DNA of 64,000 bases from Mobula hypostoma (taxonomy: Eukaryota), in NCBI RefSeq assembly GCF_963921235.1, contig NC_086097.1, positions 1,674,001-1,738,000 on the forward strand. The letters run 5' to 3'. Under the pieces are notes generated by a model, which worked only from the letters and a program-made list of their open reading frames with translations, ran no database searches and had not been told where the DNA came from. Of the stretch, positions 1 to 11,669 are shown piece by piece (within the stretch, counting starts at the first letter, position 1; each line of letters begins with the position of its first letter). The translations under genes were made by a program, and so were the position numbers.

Positions 1-1660
1 ACCTGGGCTCCTCCACCAGGGGACCAGCATCACACCTGGGCTCCACCGCCAGGGGACCAGGTTCACAACCCGGCTCCTCCACCAGGGGACCAGCGACACA
101 CCTGGGCTCCTCCACCAGGGGACCAGGTTCACGACCCGGCTCCTCCACCAGGGGACCAGCATCACACCTGGGCTCCTCCACCAATGGACCAGTTACACAC
201 CTGGGCTCCTCCACCAGGGGACCAGCATCACACCTGGGCTCCACCGCCAGGGGACCAGGTTCACGACCCGGCTCCTCCACCAGGGGACCAGCATCACACC
301 TGGGCTCCTCCGCCAGGGGACCAGGTTCACGACCCGGCTCCTCCACCAGGGGACCAGCATCACACCTGGGCTCTTCGGCCAGGGGACCAGGTTCACGACC
401 CGCTCCTCCACCAGGGGACCAGTGTCACACCTGGGCTCCTCCGCCAGGGGACCAGTGTCACAACCCACTCCTGCACCAGGGGACCATTGTCACACCTGGG
501 CTCCTCCACTAGGGGACCAGCAACATGACCTGGCTCCTCCACCAGGGGACCAGCAACACACCTGGGCTCCTCCACCAGGGGACCAGGTTCACGACCCTGC
601 TCCTCCACCAGGGGACCAACGACACAACCCAGCTCCTCCACCAGGGGACCAGCGACATACCGGGGCTCCTCCACCAGGGGACCAGGTTCACAACCCGGCT
701 CCTCCACCAGGGGACCAATGACACAACCCAGCTCCTCCACCAATGGACCAGTGACACACCTGGGCTCCTCCACCAGGGGACCAGTGACACACCTGGGCTG
801 CTCCGCCAGGGGACCAGCATCACACCTGGGCTCCTCCTCCAGGGGACCAGCGACACAACCCAGCTCCTCCACCAGGGGACCAGGTTCACAACCCGGCTCC
901 TCCACCAGGGGACCAACGACACACCTGGGCTCCTCCACCAGAGAACCAGTGACACAACTCGGTTCCTCCACCAGGGGACCAGTGACACAACCCAGCTCCT
1001 CCACCAGGGGACCAGTGACACACCTGGGCTCCTCCACCAGGTGACCAGGTTCACAACCTGGCTCCTCCACCAAGGGACCAATGACACAACCCAGCTCCTC
1101 CACCAATGGACCAGTGACACACCTGGGCTCCTCCACCAGGGGACCAGTGACACACCTGGGCTGCTCCGCCAGGGGACCAGCGACGCAACCTGGCTCCTCC
1201 GCCAGGGGACCAGCATCACACCTGGGCTCCTCCGCCAGGGGACCAGGTTCACAACCCACTCCTCCACCAGGGGACCAACAACACAACCCGGCTCCTCCAC
1301 CAGGGGACCAGGTTCACAACCCAGTTCCTCCGCCAGGGGACCAGCGACACAACCCGGCTCCTCCGCCAGGGGACCAGGTTCACAACCCGGCTCCTCCACC
1401 AGGGGACCAGGTTCACAACCCGACTCCTCCACCAGGGGACCAGTGACACACCTGGTCTCCTCCACCAGGGGACCAGCGACACAACCCAGCTCCTCCACCA
1501 GGGGACCAACGACACGACCCGGCTCCTCCACCAGGGAACCAGGTTCACAACCCAGCTCCTCCACCAGGGGACCAGATTCATAACCTGGCTCCTCCATCAG
1601 GGGACCAGCGTCACACCTGGGCTCCTCCATCAGGGGACCAACGTCACAACCCGGCTCCTT
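1..1660. repeat. 33-bp GC-rich minisatellite (unit ~ACACCTGGGCTCCTCCACCAGGGGACCAGCATC), ~50 copies, truncated by window start
   Basis: Direct 33-nt periodicity with variant units; decays at ~1660-1800. It produces the repetitive ORFs at 184-1630. Confidence 0.95.
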
Positions 1661-1969
1661 TTGTCAGGGACCATTGTTCCTCACCGTCCACAAGAGGGTC
1701 AGCATCCCTCCCCAAGGGGACTAGTGGCACTGTCTGGCTCTTCGGCCAGGGGGACAAGCACTGGATCCGCCGCCAGGGGTCAGTACCCAGGCCTGCTATC
1801 GCTCCGTGGATCTGAGACGCTGTTGTTTAACCCTGAGAGTTCTGCCTATCCTGGCCTCTGCAGTCAGGTCTCAGGGAGCAGGGGTCAGCGTGACCAGCAT
1901 CTCTCTCGGAGCAGCTGACTGACCCAGCGGCCAGCGCGGGGCAGCAGAACCGAGCCGGTTACAGGTTAG

Positions 1970-2131
1970 TCACTGTGTGAGGAGCGAGTCGGGGCTGCGG
2001 ACACTGTCTGTTCTGACGATGCATGTGGGCCGGTGCAGGTTCAGCAGCTGAATCAGTTCTTGTCTCTCCCGTTTCAGCTCCTCGATCTGGGTTTTCAGCT
2101 GCCCGTTCATCAGCTCCAGCCGCTCGGACTC
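1970..2131 (-). CDS. JDP2: JDP2-like bZIP transcription factor, last coding exon (leucine zipper and C-terminus)
   Basis: ESERLELMNGQLKTQIEELKRERQELIQLLNLHRPTCIVRTDSVRSPDSLLTQ* closely matches the JDP2 C-terminus as I recall it (ESERLELMNAELKTQIEELKQERQQLILMLNRHRPTCIVRTDSV). Acceptor tgtccgcag|GAG at 2133-2132; TGA at 1972-1970. Confidence 0.92.
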   Translation of the reverse strand, partial: ESERLELMNGQLKTQIEELKRERQELIQLLNLHRPTCIVRTDSVRSPDSLLTQ

Positions 2132-2214
2132 CTGCGGACACCAGACAAGGCGGTCAGCGGCAGCTGGGGGAGTGACCGGTGGGGAATGAGGGATCGAGGA
2201 CCGGTCAACCAGTG

Positions 2215-3250
2215 ACCAGTGAGTGATTGGTAGGGGGCAGAATGCTGAGTGACCGGTGGGGGGAGAGGTGGTGAGTGACCGGTGGGGGAGGGGTGGTGAG
2301 TGACCGGTGGGGGGAGAGGTGGTGAGTGACCGGTGGGGGAGGGGTGGTGAGTGACCGGTGGGGGGAGGGGTGGTGAGTGACCGGTGGGGGAGGGGTGGTG
2401 AGTGACCGGTGAGGGGAGGGGCGGTGAGTGACCGGCAGGGGGGAGGGGCGGTGAGTGACTGGTGGGGGGAGAGGTGGTGAGTGACTGGTGGGGGGAGGGG
2501 TGGTGAGTGACCGGTGGGGGAGGGGCGGTGAGTGACCGGCAGGGGGGAGGGGCGGTGAGTGACTGGTGGGGGGAGAGGTGGTGAGTGACTGGTGGGGGGA
2601 GGGGTGGTGAGTGACCGGTGGGGGAGGGGCGGTGAGTGACCGGCAGGGGGGAGGGGCGGTGAGTGACTGGTGGGGGGAGAGGTGGTGAGTGACTGGTGGG
2701 GGGAGGGGTGGTGAGTGACCGGTGGGGGAGGGGCGGTGAGTGACCGGTGAGGGGAGGGGCGGTGAGTGACCGGCAGGGGGGAGGGGCGGTGAGTGACTGG
2801 TGGGGGGAGGGGTGGTGAGTGACTGGTGGGGGGAGGGGCGGTGAGTGACCGGTGGGGGAGGGGCGGTGAGTGACCAGTGAGGGGAGGGGCAGTATGGCCG
2901 GTGGGGGATGGGCAGTATGGCCGGTGGGGGATGGGCAGTGAGTGACCGGTGGGGGGGAGGGGCGGTGAGTGACCGGTGGGGGGAGAGGTGGTGAGTGACC
3001 AGTGAGGGGAGGGGCAGTATGGCCGGTGGGGGGAGGGGTGGTGAGTGACCGGTGGGGGAGGGGTGGTAAGTGGCCGGTGGGGCGGTGAGTGACAGGTGGG
3101 GGAGGGGCAGTATGGCCGGTGGGGGGGGGGGCGGTGAGTGATAGGTGGGGGAGGGGCAGTATGGCCAGTGGGGGAGGGGCGGTGAGTGGCAGGTGGGGGG
3201 AGGGGCAGTATGGCTGGTGGGGGAGGGGCGGTGAGTGACAGGTGGGGGGA
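2215..3250. repeat. G-rich intronic minisatellite (~26-27 bp unit GAGTGACCGGTGGGGGGAGGGGYGGT)
   Basis: Tandem units with dense G-runs on the + strand; fills most of the last intron. Confidence 0.93.
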
Positions 3251-3447
3251 GCTCAGCACTGGACAGGGGACAGTGTGGTGAGAGTCAGTCAGGGTAGCCG
3301 GTGGTGAGGGTGGGGCAGACCATGGGGAGGGGGGTGCAGGGTACTGGACGGGGTGTCCCAGGAGGGGGCAGTGAAGACTGGAGTCCTGGTGTGAGAGAAC
3401 GAGTGTCAGTCCGGGAGAGGAGCCCAGAGTCTGTCCAACCCCCTCAC

Positions 3448-3555
3448 CTTCTGCAGGAACTCGGTTCGCTCCCGTTTCTTGTTGCGACACCGCGCTGCTG
3501 CCACCTTGTTCTTCTCCCGCCGTCTCCGCCGCCGCTCGTCCTCCTCCCGGTCGTC
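3448..3555 (-). CDS. JDP2: JDP2-like bZIP, basic-region exon (108 nt, phase 0/0)
   Basis: DDREEDERRRRRREKNKVAAARCRNKKRERTEFLQK. Acceptor ccccgacccccag|GAC and donor AAG|gtgagg; boundaries match the ATF3/JDP2 basic-region exon. Confidence 0.93.
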
Positions 3556-3791
3556 CTGGGGGTCGGGGGGAGAAAATGCCATTGCTGAGATGGTCAGCCA
3601 GGTCAGAGGCCATTCACAGGCAGGCAGGTCCAGCAACGTTGACTCCAGAGCCAGCAACACCACTTCCCTTCGGCCGGGAGCAGAGTCAGTCCGTCAGCTG
3701 CGAGGTGACTGCGCGGGGCGACTGCGCGTGGGGGTTCGAGTGTGCGCGGGGACACTGCCCACGAGCGCGACTGTACGTGAACTGCACTCAC

Positions 3792-4055
3792 CTCCGCCTT
3801 GAGCAGGTGCGGCTGCCTGTTGTAGTGCAGAGCCAGGCAGTGCAGGGGAGAGATCACCGCCGGGACCTGACACAGGCCCCCCAGCTTCAGCCCCTTACTG
3901 CCCGGCGTGTCGATGGGTAAGCCAGTCAACGTGCCCAGCGTGTCGATGGGTAAGCCGGTCAACGTGCTCAGCGTGTCGATCGGAAAGCCAGTTAACGTGC
4001 CCAGCGTGGGAAGGGTTCCAGTCACCAGTGAGCGTCCGGACTCCACAGGCAACAT
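3792..4055 (-). CDS. JDP2: JDP2-like bZIP, first coding exon (88 aa)
   Basis: MLPVESGRSLVTGTLPTLGTLTGFP...KGLKLGGLCQVPAVISPLHCLALHYNRQPHLLKAE aligns by eye to the JDP2 N-terminus (VTTGSLPGLGPLTGLP...AMIAPLHFL...PVKSE). Acceptor tactgcag|ATG lies directly before the start codon; donor GAG|gtgagt. Confidence 0.85.
3905..4006 (-). repeat. Coding 33-bp tandem repeat x3 (LTG[F/L]PIDT[L/P][S/G][T/S])
   Basis: Three near-identical copies of GCGTGTCGATGGGTAAGCCAGTCAACGTGCCCA (+ strand). Confidence 0.9.
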
Positions 4056-4109
4056 CTGCAGTAGGCAACAGGTTTCGGGTAGGGTCGGGGAGGCTGAGGC
4101 AGGGGCAGG

Positions 4110-4415
4110 CAAGAGGAAAGGATAGAGGAGAAACGTCCAGAGAGATAGAGATGGCAGAGAGTGGGGGAAAGAGAGAGGGTGCAAGGGGTGAGGGTGGAGG
4201 GGGGGAGACGGAGAGGGTGTGGAGGGGAAGAGGGGGTAGAAGGTGGTGGAGGGGAGTGGAGGGTAGAGGAGGGAGATTGGTGGAAGGAGGGAGAGAGAAG
4301 ACAGCTTGAGGGGACAGAGGAGGATGGATGGAAGGTTGAGGGAGAGACGAGTGAGTGAGGAGTGAGAGAGGAGAGAGGAGGGAGGTTGCAGGGAGACATT
4401 TGGGGGAAAGAGAGA
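4110..4415. repeat. Purine-rich low-complexity tract (polypyrimidine on the gene strand)
   Basis: GA-rich sequence just upstream of the acceptor at 4056. Confidence 0.7.
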
Positions 4416-4479
4416 ACATTACAGATGCAGGAAGACAGGCCCTGATCCACTCCACTGGCACCGATCAGACCCAAAGGAA

Positions 4480-4646
4480 AGAGCTCCCTCTCCAGCAGTG
4501 ACCGAGGGAGCTCCCTCCCCAGCAGTGACCGAGGGAGCTCCCTCCCCAACAGTGACCGAGGGAGCTCCCTCCCCAGCAGTGACCGAGGGAGCTCCCTCCC
4601 CAATTCCCCAACAGTGACTGAGGGAGCTCCCTCTCCAACAGTGACC
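4480..4646. repeat. 27-bp minisatellite (CAGTGACCGAGGGAGCTCCCTCCCCAG), ~5-6 copies
   Basis: Direct tandem copies; each unit contains the palindrome GAGGGAGCTCCCTC. Confidence 0.9.
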
Positions 4647-5164
4647 TTGTGACCTCACATAACCAGCATTACCCAACTGAGCTGACTAACGAGCATTAAC
4701 CAAGAAAACTGCCATTGGGATCCTTTACAATTAACAAGGGAGAAAGACAACACAAACTAGTGCTGTATGAATGATCTGTAAACATTAACTAGTGAGACAT
4801 CATGTACCACTTGAAAGAGAAGGAGCTGGCTGAGGAGAGTGATGGGACCATACCAGTGAGGTTTACTACACATTCGCCCTTACATCTTGTGCGTTTGGGA
4901 AGCTCCCCTCAAACCCAGCATTTAACAATCTTCCTCCCGAATCTCTTGAAGATAGAACTGTGGATGTTGTCGAAATGAATTTTAGGAAGGCCTTTGACAA
5001 GGTCCCTCTCTAACTTGATTGAGTTTTTTGATGAGGTGATGAGGGTGATTAATGAAGGTAGACCTGCAGATGTTGTCCACAAGGATTTTCATGAGGAGTT
5101 TGACGTTCCCTCTTGGGAGGCTCATCCAGATTAACATGCATGGGAGTTATGGTGAATTCATCGA

Positions 5165-6563
5165 ATCATAGAAATCTACAGCATGTTACAGGCCCTTCGG
5201 CCCACAATGTTCTGCCAAGCATGTAACCTACTCTAGAATTGCCCTACTGCACAGCCCTCTATTTTTCTAAGCTCCATGTACCTATCTCAGTCTCTTAAGA
5301 CACCGTATTGTATCTGCCTCCACCACCGTCGGTGGCAGCCCATTCCACACACCCACCACTCTGCATGAAAAACTTACCTCTGACATCCCTCTTGAACCCA
5401 CTTCCAAGAACCTTAAAACTGTGCCCTCTCATATTCGCCATTTCAGCCCCGGGAAAAAGCCTCTGGCTATGCACATGAGCAATGCCTCTCATCATCTTAT
5501 ACACCTCTATCAGGTCACCTCTCATCCTCTGTCACTCCAAGGATAAAAAGCTAAGATCACTCAACCCATTCTCATGTGGCATACTCTCCAATCCTTGTAA
5601 ATCTCTTCTGCACCCTCTCTATAGTATCCACATCCTTCCCATACCATGTTGACTATCCCTAATCAGATTACGTTTCTCCAAATGCCCTTAAATCCTGCCT
5701 CTCAGGATCTTCAACAACTTGCCCACCACTGAAGTAAGACTCAATGGTCTATAATTTCCTGGGCTATCTCTACTCCCTTTCTTGAAAAAGGGAACAACAT
5801 TTGAAACCCTTCCATCATTCGGTACATCTCCCGTCCCTGTTGATGATGCAAAGATCATCACTAAGGGCTCAACAATCTCCTCCCTCACTTCCCACAGCAG
5901 CCTGGGGTATATCTCATCTGGTCTCAGAGACTTATCTAACTTAATACCTTCAAAATGCTCCAGCACATCCTTTTTCTTAATGTCTGTACACTCAAGCGTT
6001 TCAGTCCACTGTAAGTCGTCCCCACAATTGTCAAAGTCCTTTTCACTGATGAATACTGGAGCAAAATATTCATTAAGTACCTCCACTATCTCCTCCAGCT
6101 CCATGCACGTTTCCGCTATCACACCTGATTGGTCCTATTCTCACACAGCTCATCCTCTTGCTCTTCACATACTTGTAGAATGCCTTGGGGTTTTCCTTAA
6201 TCCTGCTCACCAAGGCCTTCTCATGGCCCCTCTTGGCTCTCCTAATTCCATTCTTAAGAACCTTCCTGGCAACCTTGTGATTTTCTAAAACTCTAACAGT
6301 ACCTGGTTTTTTGAACCTTTCATAAGCTTTTCTTCTTAACTAGATTTTCTACATTCTTTGTACACCATGGTTCATTTACCTTACCATCCCTCCTCTGCCC
6401 CAATTTGAACATACCTATGCAGAACTCCATGCAAATGTGCCCTGAACATTTGCCACACTTCTAACGTGCATTTCCCTGAGAACATCTGCTCCCAATTTAT
6501 GTTCCTGAGTTCCTGCCCAATAGCATCATATTTCCCCACACTTCAGTTAAATGTTTTCTCAAA
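5165..6563 (-). mobile_element. CR1-clade LINE fragments (3' end plus mid-ORF2, internal deletion near 5640)
   Basis: ORF peptides RGDLIEVYKMM and FKKGSRDSPGNYRPLSLTS; CR1 3' UTR at ~5165-5260. Confidence 0.85.
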
Positions 6564-7581
6564 TTGACCAGTGGTGTTCCACAGGGATCTGTTCTGGGAC
6601 CCCTCCTCTTCGTGATTTTTATAAATGACCTGGATGAGGAAGTGGAGGGATGGGTTAGTAAATTTGCTGATGACGCAAAGGTTGGGGGTGTTGTGGATTG
6701 TGTGGAGGGCTGTCAGAGGTCACAGCGGGACATTGACAGGATGCAAAACTGGGCTGAGAAGTGGCAGATGGAGTTCAACCCAGATAAGTGTGAAGTGACT
6801 CATTTCAGTAGGTAAAATATGAAGACAGAATATAATATTAATGGTAAAACTCTTGGCAGTGTGGAGGATCTGAGAGATCTTGGGGTCCGTGTCAATCGGA
6901 CACTCAAAGCTGCTGAGCAGGTTGACGGTGTTGTTAAGAAGGCATACGGTGTGTCAGCATCTGTCAACTATGGGATTGAGTTCAAGAGCCATGAGGTAAT
7001 GTTGCAGCTATATCGGACCCTGGTCAGACCCCACTTGGAGTACTGTGCTCAGTTCTGGTCACCTCACTACAGGAAGGATGTGGAAACCATAGAAAGGGTG
7101 CAGAGGAGATTTACAAGGATGTTGCCTGGATTGGGGAGCATGCCTTATGAAAGCAGGCTGAGTGAACTCGGCCTTTTTTCCTTGGAGTGACAGAGGATGA
7201 GAGGTGACCTGATAGAGGTGTATAAGATGATGAGAGGCATTGATCATGTGGATAGTCAGAGGCTTTTCCCCAGGGCTGAAATGGCTAACACGAGAGAGCA
7301 CAGTTTTAAGCTGCTTGGAAGTAGGTACAGAGGAGATGTCAGATGTAAGTATTTCACACAGAGAGTAGTGGGTGTGTGGAATGCACTGCCGGTGACAGTG
7401 GTGGAGGCAGATACAATTGGGTGCTTTAAGAATCTCTTAGTTAGGTACATGGAGCTTAGAAAATTAGATGGCTATGCACTAGGGAAATTCTAGGCAGTTT
7501 CCAGAGTAGGTTACATGGTCGGCACAACATTGTGGGCCAAAGGGCCTGTAATGTGCTGTAGATTTCTATGTTCTATGTTCT
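6564..7581 (+). mobile_element. CR1 LINE, 5'-truncated (RT C-terminus to 3' tail)
   Basis: [15 protein letters not shown]...FADD; RPHLEYCAQFWSP; (TTCTATG)n tail. Confidence 0.92.
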
Positions 7582-9710
7582 AACCGACAGAAGACAACTA
7601 AAAATGTCATTAACCAGGTAAGGTCGGAATTCAGAATTAAGCTGGCCAACAATATTCAAGAGGATCCCAAAAGTTTCTTTAGATACATAGAGTGTAAAAG
7701 AGAAGCGAGAGTGGATATTGGATCGCTGGAAAACGATGCTGGAGAGGTAGTAATGGGGGACAAGGAAATAGAGGGTGATCAAAATAAGTAGTTTGCATCT
7801 GTCTTCACTGTGCAAGACATGAGCAGTCTGGTGGAAGGACAACATGTCAGGGGGCAATGACGTGTGAAGTTACCATAAGTAGAGAGAAGGTTCTTGGGAA
7901 ACTGAACGATTTGAAGGTAGATATGTCACCTGGACCAGCTGGTGTCCAGCCCAGGGTTCTGAAAGAGGTGGCTGAAGATACTGGGGAGGCATTAGTAATG
8001 ATAACTCAAGAGTCGCTAGATTCTGGAATGTTTCCGGAACACTGGAAAATTGCAAATTTCACTCCACTCTTCAAGAAAAGTGGAAGGCAGAAGAAACAAA
8101 ACTATAGACCAGTTAGCCTGACCTCAGTGTTTGGGAAGATGTTGGAGTCGATCATTAAGGATGAGGTCTCAGGGTACTTGGAGACACATGAGAAAATAGG
8201 CCGTAGTCAGCATGGTTTCCTCAAGGGAAAATCTTGCCTGACAAATCTCTTGGAATTCTTTGAAGAAGAAAGAAAAAAGGATAGACAAAGGAGAATTGGT
8301 TGATGTTGTGTACTTGGATTTTCAGAAGGTCTTTGACGAAGTGCCGCACATGAGGCTGCTTAACAAGCTATGAGCCCATGGTATTACAGGAAAGATTCTA
8401 GCATGGATAATGCAATGCCTGATTGGCAGGAGGCAAATAATGGAAATAAAGGGGGTCTTTTCTGGTTGGCTGTCGGTGACTAGTGGTGTTCCACAAGGGT
8501 CTGTGTTGGGACCGCTTCTTTTTATGTTATATGTCAATGATTTCGCAGATGAAATTGATGGCTTTGTTGCAAAGTGTGGAGACAATATGAAGATTGTGGA
8601 GGGGCAGGTGGTTTTGAAGAAGTAGAGAGGCTGCAGAAGGACTTAGACAGATTAGGAGAATGGGCAAAGAAAAGGCAAATTGAATATAGTGCTGGGAAGC
8701 CTATGGTTATGCACTTTGGTTGAAGAAATGAGAGAGCTGACTATTTTCTAAATGGAGAGAAAATACAAAAAACTGAAATGTAAAGGGATTTGAGAGTCCT
8801 TGTGTAGGATTCCCTAAAGGTTAATTTGCAGGTTGAGTCTGTGGTTAGCATTCATTTCAAGAGGATTAGAATATAAAAGCAAGGATGTAATGTTGAGACT
8901 TTATAAAGCACAGGTGAGGCCTCAGTTGGGGTATCGTGAGCAGGTTTCAGTCTCTTATCTTAGAAAGGATGTGCTGAAACTGGAGAGGGTTCAAAAGAGG
9001 GTCACGAAAATAATTCCAGGATTGAATGGCTTGTCATATGAAGTACGTCCGATGGCTCTGGGCCAGTATCTCATTCCACTGAGATGCAACACAGAGCGTC
9101 ATAGGAAGTCATTCCTGCCTGTGGCCATCAAACTTTACAACTCCTCCCTTGGAGGGTCAGACACCCTGAGCCAATAGGCTGGTCCTGGACTTATTTCCTG
9201 GCATAATTTACATATTACTATTTAACTATTTATGGTTTTATTACTATTTATTATTTATGGTGCAACTGTAACGAAAACCAATTTCCCCCGGGATCAATAA
9301 AGTATGACTATGACTATTCACTAGAATTCAGAAGAATGAGGGGTGACCTCATTGAAACCTATCGAATGGTGAAAGGCCTTGATAGAGTGGATGTGGAGAG
9401 GATGTTTCCCATGGTGGGAGAGTCTAAGACCAGAGACACAGCCTCAGAATAGAGGGGCATTCTTTTAGAATGGAGATGAGAAATTTCTTCAGCCAGAGAG
9501 TGGTGAATCTGTGGAATTCATTGCCACAGGCAGCTGTAGAGGCCAAGTCTTAAAGAAGAAGTTGATAGATTCTTGATTGGTCAGGGCATGAAGGGATTTG
9601 GGGGAGTACGCAGGAGATTGGGGATGAGAGGAAAATTGGATCAGCCATGATTAAATAGTGGAGCAGACTTGATGAGCCAAATGGCCTAATTCTGCTCCTG
9701 TATCTTATGA
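7582..9710 (+). mobile_element. Older CR1 LINE, decayed ORF2, interrupted at ~9070-9315
   Basis: NYRPVSLTS, SQHGFLKGKSCLTNLLEFFE and [11 protein letters not shown] peptides with frameshifts. Confidence 0.85.
9070..9315 (+). mobile_element. Rex1/Babar- or L2-like LINE 3' fragment inserted in CR1
   Basis: LIPLRCNTERHRKSFLPVAIKLYN* followed by AATAAA and an (ATGACT)n tail; the same terminal ~35 bp recurs at ~11073-11107. Confidence 0.7.
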
Positions 9711-10559
9711 ACTGGAGGTCCATGACTGGTGGTGTTCCGCAGGGATCCATAATGGCTACTACAGAGTGGGATTATAGATCAGTAATAGATAGGTGCAGAG
9801 AAATGGCAAGTGGAGTTTAATCTTGTGCTGCTCTTTGGGAGATCAAATGCAAGGGAACATCGGCAGGACCCTCAACAGTTTGGAAGTGCTGAGGGTTTGT
9901 GACAAACTCAGGTTGCCTTCTCTGGAGAGGTGGAGGCTGATAGAAAGATGAAAGGGGAAATTTCAACTTTCTACTGATATAAAAGTGCATCATCTCCTGG
10001 TATAAAGCCTCTGATGCACAGGATTACGAGAGGGGCCTGTATTCACTAGAATTCAGAGAAACGAGGGGTGACCTCATTGAAACGTATTGAATGGTGAAAG
10101 GCCTTGATAGAGTGGATAGTGGATGTGGAGAGGATGTTTCCAATGGTGAAGGGTTGTAGCTTCAGCCAGCTCCTTTCCAGGCTCAACCCTCTGCACCATC
10201 GAGGACATCTTCAAGAGGTGATATCTCAAGAAGGCAGCATCCATATTAAAGACCCTCAACATCCAGGACATGCCCTTTCTTATTACTACCATATGGGAGG
10301 CGGTACGGGATCCTGAGAACACACACGGAAAGATTCTGGTGCCTACTGAATGGAAGGTGGACCGATGAACGCCACCTCATGACTCGCCTTTTAAACATTT
10401 ATATATTTTTGTACGTTATGTCTTACACTTATTGCTACTGCAATGCAACAAATTCCTTGAGCTACATATGTCAGTGATAGTACAGCTGATTCGGAGACAC
10501 ACAGGTCGAGTTTACGGTGGGCTGCAATCAGATTGAGTGGTCGCTCAGAGCCGACACAG

Positions 10560-11640
10560 CACCGGGTTCAAAATGAACTTTTTCAACGGTGTGGGGCCAA
10601 TGAAAATAGAAAGCAGGTGGAAGCAGAGCGGCCATTTACGGGACTGGGCCAGTGTTAGAGTGGTCTGGCTTTGGTTCAGCAGGCTTGGCTGTGAACAGGC
10701 GGAGTGTCTACGTCGGTTTCTAGTACATTTTTTCTCTGTTCGTACGTAGCTAGTGCATGGAGAACGGGTGGTGGTATGTTCCCTGTGTGAGATGTGGAAA
10801 CTTCCAGCCTCCTGGACAACTACATCGAGCTCCAGTCCCTTCGAGACCGTGTTAAGGAATTGGAGCTGACCTTCAGCTGATAAGGGAAAATGAGGAGCTG
10901 ATAGATAATGGCTACAGGGAGGTAGTCACCCCCAAGCTGCAGGAGCCAGGTACCCAAGTGCCTGACAGGAGAGGGAAAGGGAATGGGCAGCCAGTGTCAG
11001 ATACTCCTGTGGCTGCTCCCTTCAATAAGAAATATACCACTTGAGATACCGTTGGGGGTGCAGCCTTTCGGAAGTAATGAAACCAATTTCCCCCGGGATC
11101 AATAAAGTCCATATGTAAGCCACAGTGATCAGATCTCTGGCACGTTGTCGAGCTTTGTGGCTCAGAAGGGAAGGTGGTGGGGAAGAGGAGCAGTGACAAG
11201 GGATTCCATAATCAGACGAGCAGAAAGCAGATTCTGCAGACGTGAAATGGATATCCGGACAGTATATTACCTCCCAGGTGCCAAGGCTAGGGATGTCATG
11301 GATTGGGTCCACACCATTCCTAAGGCTGGGGGAGGAGAGTGAACAGTCAGAAGTTGTGGTACATGTTGGCAACAGGTAGGAAAAGGGAGGAGGTCCTGAA
11401 GGGAGAATATAGGGAGTTTTGCAGAGAGCAGCACAGTAGGACCTCAAGAGTAGTAATCTCTGAATTGCTGCCTGTGCCACACACCAGGAGGGTAAGGACA
11501 GGATGATTTAGCAGATGAATGTGTGGCTGAGGAACTGGTGCAAAGAGCAGGGTTTCAAATTGCCAGATTAATTTAAACCCTTCCAAAGAGCTCAAGCAAA
11601 CCTGCACGTAAGGATCTTGATCTTGGTCCCCTTGGGTTCA
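10560..11640 (+). mobile_element. Decayed CR1 5' region/ORF1 (esterase-type), with small insertions
   Basis: RDSIIRRAESRFC...YLPGAKARDV resembles the better-preserved ORF1 at 48994-49935. Confidence 0.7.
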
Positions 11641-11669
11641 GGTGTAACCCATCTGTTTGGCACAGGTTT

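Noticed and set aside
184..1630. Long repetitive ORFs on both strands (up to 373 aa)
   Set aside because: A 33-bp unit is a multiple of 3 and lacks stops in several frames; no domain or splice support.
1..1660. CRISPR-like appearance (constant part plus variable part)
   Set aside because: The variable part is only ~10 nt drawn from a few recurring variants; eukaryotic context and no cas genes.
2215..3250. Repeated TGAGTGA as an AP-1 autoregulatory array, and GGTGAGT as splice donors
   Set aside because: TGAGTGA mismatches the TGASTCA consensus, and the donor-like motif is on the non-coding strand; no further support.
1970..3613. 547-aa proline-rich ORF as a single-exon gene
   Set aside because: It reads through the G-rich intron; only 1970-2131 is real coding sequence, bounded by a canonical acceptor.
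5640..7581. Twin-primed CR1 (minus 5640-6563 plus plus-strand 6564-7581)
   Set aside because: I could not find a TSD, and the minus piece adjoins its own minus-strand 3' end; two separate insertions are equally likely.
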